This document shows positions 1 to 8,584 of a stretch of 64,000 bases of DNA, one piece after another. Position 1 is the first letter of the stretch. Every line of letters starts with the position of its first letter. This DNA comes from Nanobdellati archaeon. Lineage in GTDB: Archaea; EX4484-52; WAPT01. The stretch lies in assembly GCA_015520605.1 (NCBI GenBank), contig WAPT01000001.1:5428-69427 (forward strand). The letters are read 5' to 3'. The translations under genes were made by a program, and so were the position numbers. The notes under the pieces are model-generated. The model did no database searches, was not told where the DNA came from, and saw only the letters and a program-made list of their open reading frames with translations.

Positions 1-1038
1 CATTCTCCTTTAGGCACAACTAGTGAAATAAATCTAACAAATTTAACTGCCCCACGCGAGGATTCCGGAGTGTGGGGTGCAATCGCGAATTTGAACGTTA
101 GTTTCCCATCAATTGAAATAGGAAAATACACTCTCAGTTTTCATGCAATTTCTAAATTAAACAACGGTGAGGAAGTATATGAACAAATGCCATCACCTTC
201 AGCGGATATAGAGATTACCGGAATTCCCTTTGAAATTTGCACCTCTAAAGTACAATATCATTTTATAAATGAATGTTATGAGAACCTTTCATCAATTTTC
301 AAGGAAAATGAAAACATATATTTTGTGATGAAAATCGGATCAAATACTGATCCGGTTTCCGGTCTGAAACCAACGGATTTCATATTAAAAGATAGTGTAA
401 AAAACTTATCTGCAGAATTTCAACAAAATTTAATAGAAATTTCTCCCGGTACATACATTAGCAATATTTCCGCATCCTCCATAGGAGTGGGTAGGTACAT
501 ACTTGAAGTGGAGGTTTACAATGGCAACGTGTTAATTTCCTCCACCTCTCTTTCCGTGTACATCCAGCCATCCAAAAAGCACAAATTGCCCAACATAACG
601 GTGAGTGTTGAATCCCGACCCAACTTTATCGATACGTTCGTTCATGGTTGCGGGATGTTTGGAGAAGTGAACTTATCGGGAAGATATGCACTCACGGGCC
701 TTGTCTTCTGCGATGGTCACGCAATTTATTATGAGAACTCAAGCGATCATCTTGAAGTTGTGAAATCCGCATCCCCTCACAGAACGTTGCTAATCTTCAC
801 GAGAGATGCCCCCCAAAAGGTTGTGAAAAAACTCTCAAAAATTGAAAACGGGAAGTTTGATTTCACAGCCTTCGGGTATAAAAGCGACAGGGATCGAACC
901 TTAAGGATCATTATCCGGAGAAATTTCGAGATCGAAAATTTTATGATTCTCCGTCCGGGTAGGTATACTCTAAGGATTACGCATATGGGTCTCCTTGGCA
1001 ATGTGCCACGCCTATCTATAGAACCTTCATCCTCCTGA
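1..1038 (+). CDS. Hypothetical secreted or surface protein, C-terminal part. The reading frame is open to the window edge, so the gene is 5'-truncated here.
   Basis: Frame 1 has no stop from nt 1 to 1038. There are no recognisable catalytic motifs. The sequence is beta-rich with several N-x-S/T sequons, and the listed ORF start at nt 70 is internal. Confidence 0.4.
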   Translation, partial: HSPLGTTSEINLTNLTAPREDSGVWGAIANLNVSFPSIEIGKYTLSFHAISKLNNGEEVYEQMPSPSADIEITGIPFEICTSKVQYHFINECYENLSSIFKENENIYFVMKIGSNTDPVSGLKPTDFILKDSVKNLSAEFQQNLIEISPGTYISNISASSIGVGRYILEVEVYNGNVLISSTSLSVYIQPSKKHKLPNITVSVESRPNFIDTFVHGCGMFGEVNLSGRYALTGLVFCDGHAIYYENSSDHLEVVKSASPHRTLLIFTRDAPQKVVKKLSKIENGKFDFTAFGYKSDRDRTLRIIIRRNFEIENFMILRPGRYTLRITHMGLLGNVPRLSIEPSSS

Positions 1039-1116
1039 TCGTAGACAGGAATCGTAGAGAACGGACATCTTATTGCTCGTTCAATTATAATGATATCCCT
1101 TGTTTTAGAATATATT

Positions 1117-3726
1117 TCATAACCTCACGGAAACTGTTGTGATTTCAAATGGATTTAAAGATATAACCAAGTTATTTTCAGAAAATTTAATGTTTTTTTT
1201 TGATTTTTTATATTTCCTTTCTAAAATATCCACAATGCTTGCATCTTTTACTTCCTTGAAAAGTTTCAAAACGGCTCGTGTTTCACGACCCGCTGTTTCA
1301 TAAATCCTTGCTATGATTTTTCCTCCGTCTTCACTCCTTTTAAAAGCGCTGAGAACCACATTGGAAGGTTCCACTTCCAGAAAAGACCTGCTGCTACTGC
1401 ATTTTATTTTCTTTTTTAGGATCATCATCCTGTGGTTGAATTGATAAGCGTGTATGTACGGCTCGGACTTTCTCCACCCTTCCGTATAAGGTAGTAAAGC
1501 GTACTCAAAAACATGTTCTCCGAGCTCGGTAGCGTTTACTGGAATAATCGGACCTGCCTTTCCATCGCAGGACAGAACATTTACGGACCTTAGCAGAGTT
1601 AGATAAATGCTACCATCTCTGATTTCATTTTCAGGGATTCCTTTATTGATTACAGTCACCCCCAACCCGTCATCATCCTCATAAGCTATCCACCTCAAAG
1701 CCGGATACACGCCGGAGGGCGCTTCCTTATATCCTGTAAAATCATCGTAAAACAGGTTGGCTTTCCTTTCCACCACACCAAACTGTGTCTCACACCAGTA
1801 AGTTTTGTTATTTATGGGTGTTGTGAAGCGGACTCTCAGTCTTATTCTCGGGTGCTTGTTGAGAATGATTGTCGTGCAGTCTATTCTCGGCAAGTCCCTG
1901 TAAATGACGATTCTTTTCCTGAAGCTAAGTGTGTTGTGTCTCCACAACAAAGGTTTGAAGTGCTCCACAAGTCTGTAGGGCCATCTTAGAGAAAAGTAAT
2001 CACCCACAACATCTATGATAGCTCTGAGGTTGGAAGCTGTGATTTTCACCTCCTTTATTTTGAACTCGCCGTATTTGATTCCATCTCCACTTTCTGTCTT
2101 TATGGGATTCTTCAGCAGCTGTCTGTGAGAGTAGAGATCTCCTGATTCTTCCTCTATAACGAGCTCATTACCTCCAAAAATCCTTTTTTTGTTCATCCAA
2201 ACTTCAATCATGCCGTTTTCTTTGTTTACCTTCACTTCAAAAAATTTGTTTCGAATTGTGCTTTCGCTCACATGGATTTTGTCCCGGGTATTTGTGTTTT
2301 TACCCGTCTCTATTACTCTGTACGCTCTGTAGCCCAGCGGTGGAACATCCGCAATGAAACCAAGTTTTACTTTTTTAATAGAGCCGTCTCTGTGTTTTTC
2401 GGAAGCGATAACTTCCACATCAACCTTCTTATCCCCGCTTTCCAGAAGAACTCCACAGTTCTCACGTATTCTCCCGGCCTCAAGCTCCAGCTCAACTTCC
2501 ACCCAATCAATAACTCTCCACGGAAGCGGGTTAAATACGACAAAATCCGCACCCATTTCTCTGTTGGAGTCGCTTTCTACAATTGATGATAATATTTCTC
2601 GCATCATTTCTTCACATCTCCTATCTATAAGAGAAGCGCAACGCTCCGCTTCCTCAAGAGCAGCATCTGTGCTTGTGCCTGATATCACATCGTGGAAAGC
2701 TAAGAACAGCAGCTTTTTCCAGCAATCCTCCAGATATTCTGGATAGCGTCCAGTCAGTAAAAAATTCACTGTGGCAAATTTCTCTAAGGTTATGAGCTTG
2801 CACTCCAGTGCGCGGAGCGTCTTTTTTATTTTTATCCTGCTTGAGGCCGTATCGGGAAAAATTTCTGAGTACTTACAGGAATACATTTCCCCCTTTCTCA
2901 CAACCAATTCATTCCGATATTTTTCCAGTGCTCTGAAAAACTCTGAAGGTGTTGAGATCCTCATCTCCGCATCTTCGTGCTCCTTATTCCATTTTTTCAC
3001 AGCTTCAACTATCTCCTCACGCGGAAGGGTGACTCCGCTACCGCAAGGCATGAGTATGTGTGGCGATGCAGCCACACCTTTCAGAAATCTGTAGGATTCT
3101 TCCAGCCTGTCCAGATTCAGACCCGCTCTGTAACCTAAGGGCATAAAGTGAGCAAGAATTCTTGTTCCATCCAGAGCTTCCCAGATAAATTCAGAGGGTT
3201 TAATCTCGTGGGATCCGCGCCTGAATGCAACATATTTGTATCCTGCTTTTCTGTAAATTTGGGGGAGTTGTGCGTTCAGCCCGAAGCTGTCAGCCTGCCA
3301 CATAACTTCAACACCCTTCCCGAATTTTTCCTGCACATACTTCTTGCCCACAAGGATCTCTCTGATGAGCGTCTCCTCCTGCGGAATCATCGTATCCGCC
3401 ATTAAATACTCCCCGTCTGCAATCTCAATTTTACCTTCCTCTATGAATTTCGCGAGTTTTTTGAAAAGTTCCGGTTCTCTCTTTTCTATTTCTTCCAGAA
3501 GGTGTGTCTGCTCCAGAAGAAACCTGAATTCCTCATATTTTTCAAGAAGCTCAACAGCTTTTTTCAGTATCATAATGTTGATACGGAGGTAATCCTCCTT
3601 GCTGAAGATCCAGACCGCATCGTAGTGTGTGTGAGGCACAAGGTAGATTATATTTTTCTTCTTTTTCCTGCCTTTTTCGGTTCTCCCTCCCGCACAGGTC
3701 TTCCGTGTTTTGTTCGAGTTATCCAT
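1117..3726 (-). CDS. Glycoside hydrolase family 38 alpha-mannosidase
   Basis: The 869-aa product has an N-terminal 'YLVPHTHYDAVW' metal-binding motif. It also has 'WQADSFG' and 'FHDVISGTS' blocks and a long beta-rich C-terminus, which is the typical GH38 architecture. Confidence 0.7.
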   Translation of the reverse strand: MDNSNKTRKTCAGGRTEKGRKKKKNIIYLVPHTHYDAVWIFSKEDYLRINIMILKKAVELLEKYEEFRFLLEQTHLLEEIEKREPELFKKLAKFIEEGKIEIADGEYLMADTMIPQEETLIREILVGKKYVQEKFGKGVEVMWQADSFGLNAQLPQIYRKAGYKYVAFRRGSHEIKPSEFIWEALDGTRILAHFMPLGYRAGLNLDRLEESYRFLKGVAASPHILMPCGSGVTLPREEIVEAVKKWNKEHEDAEMRISTPSEFFRALEKYRNELVVRKGEMYSCKYSEIFPDTASSRIKIKKTLRALECKLITLEKFATVNFLLTGRYPEYLEDCWKKLLFLAFHDVISGTSTDAALEEAERCASLIDRRCEEMMREILSSIVESDSNREMGADFVVFNPLPWRVIDWVEVELELEAGRIRENCGVLLESGDKKVDVEVIASEKHRDGSIKKVKLGFIADVPPLGYRAYRVIETGKNTNTRDKIHVSESTIRNKFFEVKVNKENGMIEVWMNKKRIFGGNELVIEEESGDLYSHRQLLKNPIKTESGDGIKYGEFKIKEVKITASNLRAIIDVVGDYFSLRWPYRLVEHFKPLLWRHNTLSFRKRIVIYRDLPRIDCTTIILNKHPRIRLRVRFTTPINNKTYWCETQFGVVERKANLFYDDFTGYKEAPSGVYPALRWIAYEDDDGLGVTVINKGIPENEIRDGSIYLTLLRSVNVLSCDGKAGPIIPVNATELGEHVFEYALLPYTEGWRKSEPYIHAYQFNHRMMILKKKIKCSSSRSFLEVEPSNVVLSAFKRSEDGGKIIARIYETAGRETRAVLKLFKEVKDASIVDILERKYKKSKKNIKFSENNLVISLNPFEITTVSVRL

Positions 3727-3786
3727 CCCCTCCGACCCCGTTTAAGGCTAAGAACTGGTTTCTTATTGAGGGATTAACGTGAAGCT

Positions 3787-4743
3787 CTATATGAATTCTG
3801 GGTACTCCTCTCTGTAAGCAGCGTGTGCGGCCATACCGTTCAGCATGCACACAATCCTTTTTATTCTGAAATTTACCACTTCCAGAAGCTCTCCGACCGT
3901 TTGCTCCATCGTGCGGAACTTTATTATGTGCAACCGCCTTTTTCGGGCTTCCTCAACCAGAAATTCGTTTATTTTTGTACATGCCTCAAAATCCTCTTCT
4001 ATGAGCTGCCTATCAGTTTCTCCTTCCCTCAGTCTTTTTGAGAAGAACATTTGACGGTACGTTCCCTTTTCAGGTGCTTTCAGAAACACCTGTATCACAT
4101 TCGGTTTTTTAAGCAGATCTGACTCGAGAAGCCATGGAGTGACATGCACACCCTCAATGGCGACATCCTTTTTATCTTTGATGGATTTTTTCACGAGCTC
4201 GACTATGAAAGGACTTAGGAATTCGACCTGCTTCACAAACCCTTCTATCTCTGGATGTTCCGTGACTTCATGACCCGGAAGTTTTTTCCACACACGATAA
4301 GACGGTAGATGGAGAATCGGGTCTTCCTTTATCAGAACCTTCAGCACACGCCTTATGGCATCAGTGGTTATTGTTCGGGAAATTGCCAGACGAAAACCCA
4401 CATCAGTTAAAGACACCGTTTTTCCCACACCGGGAGGGCCGCCGACAAGGATTTGGAGGGGTTCAGCGATACCCCTCCTCCTGAGAACATTGTACCTGTG
4501 CCAGAGCTCGTATCTTTTCGTGAATTTGGAACCACAGATATTGGTAAGCGCATTCTTTGTTATCTCAAAAAGCTCTTCCGCAGCTATGCTTTTTCTGCCA
4601 AAAACGCTGTCCTTAACGTACTCCATAACTCTGACAGCATCCTCGAAAGGCACGCCCGTTTTAAGAACCGATCGGAAGATAAGATTCTCAGAGAACCTCA
4701 GCTTAAATCCGTTTATCTTCACGAAAGGTAAGTGACTTTCCAT
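3787..4743 (-). CDS. ATP-cone plus P-loop kinase of the 2-phosphoglycerate kinase family
   Basis: The N-terminus has an ATP-cone-like pattern (VKINGFKLRFSENLIFRSVLKTGVPFEDAVRVMEYV). This is followed by a Walker A motif, 'LVGGPPGVGKT'. The gene is divergent from the GTPase gene at 4914. Confidence 0.5.
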   Translation of the reverse strand: MESHLPFVKINGFKLRFSENLIFRSVLKTGVPFEDAVRVMEYVKDSVFGRKSIAAEELFEITKNALTNICGSKFTKRYELWHRYNVLRRRGIAEPLQILVGGPPGVGKTVSLTDVGFRLAISRTITTDAIRRVLKVLIKEDPILHLPSYRVWKKLPGHEVTEHPEIEGFVKQVEFLSPFIVELVKKSIKDKKDVAIEGVHVTPWLLESDLLKKPNVIQVFLKAPEKGTYRQMFFSKRLREGETDRQLIEEDFEACTKINEFLVEEARKRRLHIIKFRTMEQTVGELLEVVNFRIKRIVCMLNGMAAHAAYREEYPEFI

Positions 4744-4844
4744 ACGTTTTAATACTCAGAACACACTCATTAAAATATCTTTCTATCTTGAGATGGTCGC
4801 TCCTTTCCGCGGAAGACAATGTGTCTCCAAAAAGCTAAAATAAT

Positions 4845-4856
4845 CTTTATATACTT
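4845..4856 (+). promoter_or_regulatory. Candidate TATA box (ctttatatactt) in the divergent intergenic region between 4743 and 4914
   Basis: An A/T-rich TATA-like box lies about 60 nt upstream of the ATG at 4914. A GGTGAT ribosome-binding site sits 7 nt before that start. Confidence 0.3.
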
Positions 4857-4913
4857 GTACGACCCCATAAGAAAATAACGCCATGCAAATGCGGAAGAAT
4901 CAGGTGATGAGAA

Positions 4914-6056
4914 ATGAAAATAACCACGAGCATACCTAAACTTGATGAGCTTTTAGAGGGGGGTTTACCTGTCCATTCAACTGTGCTCCTGTTCGCGGAT
5001 CCTCTCGCAGACGCGGCAACTTTCGCGCAGCAAATACTCTCCCACAGACTGGAGGAAGAAGATGTGGGAATATATTTGAGTACTAACAAGCTTCCAAAAG
5101 ATGTTGAGAACAATATGTATAAACATGGGTTCAAAACACAGGAAATAATTTTCATAGACTGTCTGTCTTTCACCTTGAAAAGGAAAAGTGATGCAAAATA
5201 TACTCTTGATGAGATTATAACCAGCGGTAGGCCTGCATGGGAGAAAACAAAGGAGTTGTGGAAGAAGGCCATTCAGGAAGAGAAGGGTCAGAAACTAGCA
5301 GTCTGGGACTGTCTTGAAACATTCATGGGATTCGTGGATGAAATAATAGAGTTTGTTAAGGAATGTAAAAAGTTGAATGAAGAAAACAAAACAACATCTG
5401 TATTTATCCTTACAAACTGGGGTTATGATCCCAAAGATATCGAGAGGTTAAAGGAATCTTTTGACCTGGTTATAGATCTCGCCACAGTATCGAAAAAACT
5501 CATGTATCTGAACTACTACAAAGTGGATCACAAGCCTGCGATACCCTTCAAAATCACTCTGACAGGAGTCACTCTCTACATACCAAAGATATTGATTACG
5601 GGGCCTTACAATGCAGGGAAGTCCACAATGGTTAAGGCTCTTTCGGAGACCGCAGTGAGCATAGACAGGTTGGGTACAACCATAGCCTTGGATCACGGAT
5701 ATGTGGAAAAGAAGGGGTTTGCCTGTAATATTTTTGGCACCCCGGGTCAGGAAAGATTCGACTGGATAATGGAAGTCCTCTCTAGGGATGTGTGGGGTGT
5801 GATACTTATTGTGGATTCGACCAAACCGGAATCATTTCCCAGAGCGCTGGAAATGTTGGAAAAGGTAAAGAAGGAGAACATCCCGTTCATAGTGTTTGCA
5901 AACAAGCAGGACTTGGAGGGTGCACTTCCGCCTGAAGAAATAAAAGAAAGGCTTGGTGTTCCCATAGTGATCGGGGGATCCGCGAAAACAGGAGAAAATG
6001 TAGAAAAAGCTCTAATAACCTTATTTGAAGAAATCCTTAAAAGGAGAGTGTTTTGA
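4914..6056 (+). CDS. Fusion protein with a degenerate KaiC/RecA-like N-terminal domain that has lost its Walker A motif, followed by an MglA-like small GTPase domain
   Basis: Residues 1-200 begin 'IPKLDELLEGGLP...', paralogous to the KaiC-like protein at 6496-7173. Where that protein has GVPGAGKTT, this one has 'LLFADPLADAAT'. The C-terminal half carries G1 'ITGPYNAGKST', G3 'FGTPGQERF' (an MglA-type T-x-P-G-Q), G4 'ANKQD' and G5 'SAK'. Confidence 0.6.
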   Translation: MKITTSIPKLDELLEGGLPVHSTVLLFADPLADAATFAQQILSHRLEEEDVGIYLSTNKLPKDVENNMYKHGFKTQEIIFIDCLSFTLKRKSDAKYTLDEIITSGRPAWEKTKELWKKAIQEEKGQKLAVWDCLETFMGFVDEIIEFVKECKKLNEENKTTSVFILTNWGYDPKDIERLKESFDLVIDLATVSKKLMYLNYYKVDHKPAIPFKITLTGVTLYIPKILITGPYNAGKSTMVKALSETAVSIDRLGTTIALDHGYVEKKGFACNIFGTPGQERFDWIMEVLSRDVWGVILIVDSTKPESFPRALEMLEKVKKENIPFIVFANKQDLEGALPPEEIKERLGVPIVIGGSAKTGENVEKALITLFEEILKRRVF

Positions 6057-6131
6057 CCTTCCAAAAATCTTTAAATAATCCAAAAACCACAGTTTATACT
6101 GTACTTCAAAAATCAAAGGAGGGGTTGAAAG

Positions 6132-6506
6132 ATGCCTAAGGAAGAAGAATTGAAGGAAGCACTCTCAGATCTCAAAAATGTTTCAGGTGTGGTGGGAAAT
6201 GCTGTTGTGACTCCTGATGGCTTGCTTGTATTTTCAGATCTTCCAGAGACAGTAAACAAGAGGGCTCTAGCAGCAATGGCAGCGGCTATTGTGGGTACGG
6301 GCATGCAGGTGACTAAAGAGCTTAACATTGGAGCTTTAAGCCAAGTAATGGTGGACGCTCAAGAGGGTAAATTCATCTCCATTAGTGTAGGTTCTGATGA
6401 AGATTCTCCGATTCTCTCAACGCTCGTCCAGCCGAAAGCGAACTTAGGTTTGGTATTGCTGGAAATGGAAAAGGCGGCGAAAAAAATCCAGAAAATCATG
6501 GCATGA
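6132..6506 (+). CDS. Roadblock/LC7 domain protein (MglB-like GTPase regulator)
   Basis: The 124-aa protein has the Roadblock/LC7 pattern of an alpha-beta-beta-alpha-beta-beta fold ('VSGVVGNAVVTPDGLLVFSDLPE...'). A GGAGG ribosome-binding site sits at 6118-6124, immediately downstream of the GTPase gene. Confidence 0.65.
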   Translation: MPKEEELKEALSDLKNVSGVVGNAVVTPDGLLVFSDLPETVNKRALAAMAAAIVGTGMQVTKELNIGALSQVMVDAQEGKFISISVGSDEDSPILSTLVQPKANLGLVLLEMEKAAKKIQKIMA

Positions 6507-7173
6507 CCTCTATTCCGCTTTCACTTATTTTGAATTTAAGAGTTATTGGTAGGTTTCTCGTTTCCCTCATTCTGTTTATTTTTAACAGTCTTATATCATT
6601 CTCCATAATGAAATTTATCGTTCCGTCTGTAAGGCTGTTAAGGGCTGTGACGACGTCTGGTGTGTGCATACCCTCCTCCACGGCTATCAGTATGGTCATG
6701 CCTGCTCCTTTCAGCCTGGCAGATAGCATGGAAATGAATCTCAGACAGAGGTCTTTCGGCACGAAGAGGAACATGGTCGAAAGTGAGTCCATCACAACCC
6801 TTTTCACATTCTGATTTCTCATTTCCGTCAGGGCCTTTGTTACAGCTATGGTGAAGTTGGTGAGATTTGCTGGATTGACCACCTCCTTTCCCTCTTCAAC
6901 CCCCATCTGCCAAGAATATGCGTCTATAAACTTCAGAGGCTTCCCGTTTACATCCCACCCAAAAGATTTCATGCTGTTGATTATTTCCTCGGGAGATGCA
7001 TTAAGAGTGATGTGTATTGCTCCCTCCCCATTCTTTAGTCCCTCATAAATGAACTGGTTACAGAAGGTTGTCTTACCTGCCCCAGGCACTCCCACGAGGA
7101 GTATGGATGCTCTTTCCGGTAGTCCACCACCCATAGCTTCGTCGAGCTTCTGAATTCCGGTGGCTATTCTCAT
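6496..7173 (-). CDS. KaiC-like single-domain RecA-superfamily ATPase (COG0467 type)
   Basis: The N-terminus 'GIQKLDEAMGGGLPERASILLVGVPGAGKTT' has an intact Walker A. A Walker B-like 'RVVMDSLS' follows. The 225-aa size is typical of archaeal KaiC/ArlH-like proteins. Confidence 0.75.
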   Translation of the reverse strand: MRIATGIQKLDEAMGGGLPERASILLVGVPGAGKTTFCNQFIYEGLKNGEGAIHITLNASPEEIINSMKSFGWDVNGKPLKFIDAYSWQMGVEEGKEVVNPANLTNFTIAVTKALTEMRNQNVKRVVMDSLSTMFLFVPKDLCLRFISMLSARLKGAGMTILIAVEEGMHTPDVVTALNSLTDGTINFIMENDIRLLKINRMRETRNLPITLKFKISESGIEVMP

Positions 7174-7256
7174 ATCATCACCTCTGCAAGAGGAGTTAGC
7201 TCCTTCATCATTTTTATGATTTTCATCTTTTTTTATGATTTAATGTTTTCATAATA

Positions 7257-7270
7257 AAAGTATATAAATA
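7257..7270 (+). promoter_or_regulatory. Candidate TATA box (aaaagtatataaata) upstream of the methylthiotransferase gene
   Basis: An A/T-rich box lies about 50 nt upstream of the GTG start at 7322. A GGGAGGTG ribosome-binding site is directly before that start. Confidence 0.35.
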
Positions 7271-7321
7271 AGTTCCCGATTCAAACTGAATACAACCGAC
7301 TGCCATCTCCGCAACTGGGAG

Positions 7322-8584
7322 GTGATACATATTGCGAAAGTGAGCGTAACAAGCTTCGTGTGCGAATCCATGATACCAGCAGTGGAGATCATGGCGTCAA
7401 AAATACTTGCCGATGGCCACGAAATAGTTAAGGAGGAACATGCAGATATAGTGATTGTGGCAAGCTGCGCCCTCACACGGGAAATGATAAGGAAGTGCCT
7501 GTCGAGGGCACAGCAGGCAAGTACAATGGGTAAAAATGTTCTGATTATTGGCTGTCTCCCCGAAATAGGCGAGGAAAACATACTTGGGGTTGTGCCCTCG
7601 GCCAGCATTGCCGGAGTGAACTCCTTCCACCACATCGAAGATATTCTCAAAAAGATGGAGGAAGGATACAGGGTAAGGAGATTGAACGATCCACCAAGAA
7701 TGCCCTTAAGTACCGTTATGTGGAGACGTGTAAATCCCCTCACCGCTTACATACCGACCGGGGAGGGCTGTTCCAGACGATGTGAGTTCTGCATCTGCAG
7801 GATAACCAGAGGATCGCAGATATCTTATCCTCCGGAGAGCATAATAAATGCTGTTGCGAAAGCTGTTGAAAATAATGCAAGAGAGATTGTGCTCGTTTCC
7901 GAAGATGCTGGAGCATACGGAAGGGATATGGGAATAACGCTGCCTTCCCTGTTAAGAAAGATATTCACAATAAAAGGCGATTTCAAAATACGGTTGGGAT
8001 ACATAAACCCTGCGTCTATTTTGCCGTACTTTGATGATCTTCTATCCTGTCTTTCCCACCCGAAGATGTACAGATTTATGCATCTCAATATTCAGTCCGC
8101 CTCCCAGAAAGTTCTTGAGAGTATGAAAAGGGACTACACTCCGGAGGATGTTGCAATGATTTTCAACAGGATCAGAAAGGAGTTTAATGGCTTTACGATA
8201 ATAAGCGATATCCTTGTGGGTCATCCCGCCGAGAACGATGAGGACTTCGAGGAAACTGTAGAATTCCTCAAAAAGCTCAAGCCAGACTCCATTAACGTTT
8301 ACGCCTACTCCCCTCACAGGGGTGGTGAGGGTAGCTTACAACCCTCCTGGAAGGTCAAGCAGAGATATGAAGAGATGCTCGCTCTCAAATCCCGGCTTGA
8401 AATTGAGAGTTCAAAAAGATGGATAGGGTGGAGAGGTGAGGTTACAATAATTCAAAACGATGGCAACATGGCTCTAGGAAGGAATTATGCTTATCGGGAT
8501 GTCGTATTCAAAAGTTCTCTTACACCCGGGGAGAAAACCAAGGTGGAAATAAAAAACCATAAAGGCTACACGCTATTAGCCTGA
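7322..8584 (+). CDS. MiaB-like radical SAM methylthiotransferase (archaeal e-MtaB/CDKAL1 type) with a C-terminal TRAM domain
   Basis: The radical SAM motif is 'CSRRCEFCICR'. The N-terminal MTTase domain has three Cys. The C-terminal TRAM domain reads 'GEVTIIQNDG...KVEIKNHKGYTL'. The start is GTG with an upstream GGAGGTG. Confidence 0.8.
   Translation: MIHIAKVSVTSFVCESMIPAVEIMASKILADGHEIVKEEHADIVIVASCALTREMIRKCLSRAQQASTMGKNVLIIGCLPEIGEENILGVVPSASIAGVNSFHHIEDILKKMEEGYRVRRLNDPPRMPLSTVMWRRVNPLTAYIPTGEGCSRRCEFCICRITRGSQISYPPESIINAVAKAVENNAREIVLVSEDAGAYGRDMGITLPSLLRKIFTIKGDFKIRLGYINPASILPYFDDLLSCLSHPKMYRFMHLNIQSASQKVLESMKRDYTPEDVAMIFNRIRKEFNGFTIISDILVGHPAENDEDFEETVEFLKKLKPDSINVYAYSPHRGGEGSLQPSWKVKQRYEEMLALKSRLEIESSKRWIGWRGEVTIIQNDGNMALGRNYAYRDVVFKSSLTPGEKTKVEIKNHKGYTLLA

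Noticed and set aside
4847-5272. 141-aa minus-strand ORF spanning the promoter and 5' end of the GTPase fusion gene
   Set aside because: It overlaps the divergent promoter and the well-supported plus-strand start. It would leave no room for regulatory sequence and has no motifs.
6496-7173. Calling the KaiC-like ATPase an archaellum ArlH/FlaH
   Set aside because: Its size and motifs are compatible with ArlH, but no archaellin, ArlI or ArlJ genes are present within the window. The generic KaiC-like (COG0467) call is safer.
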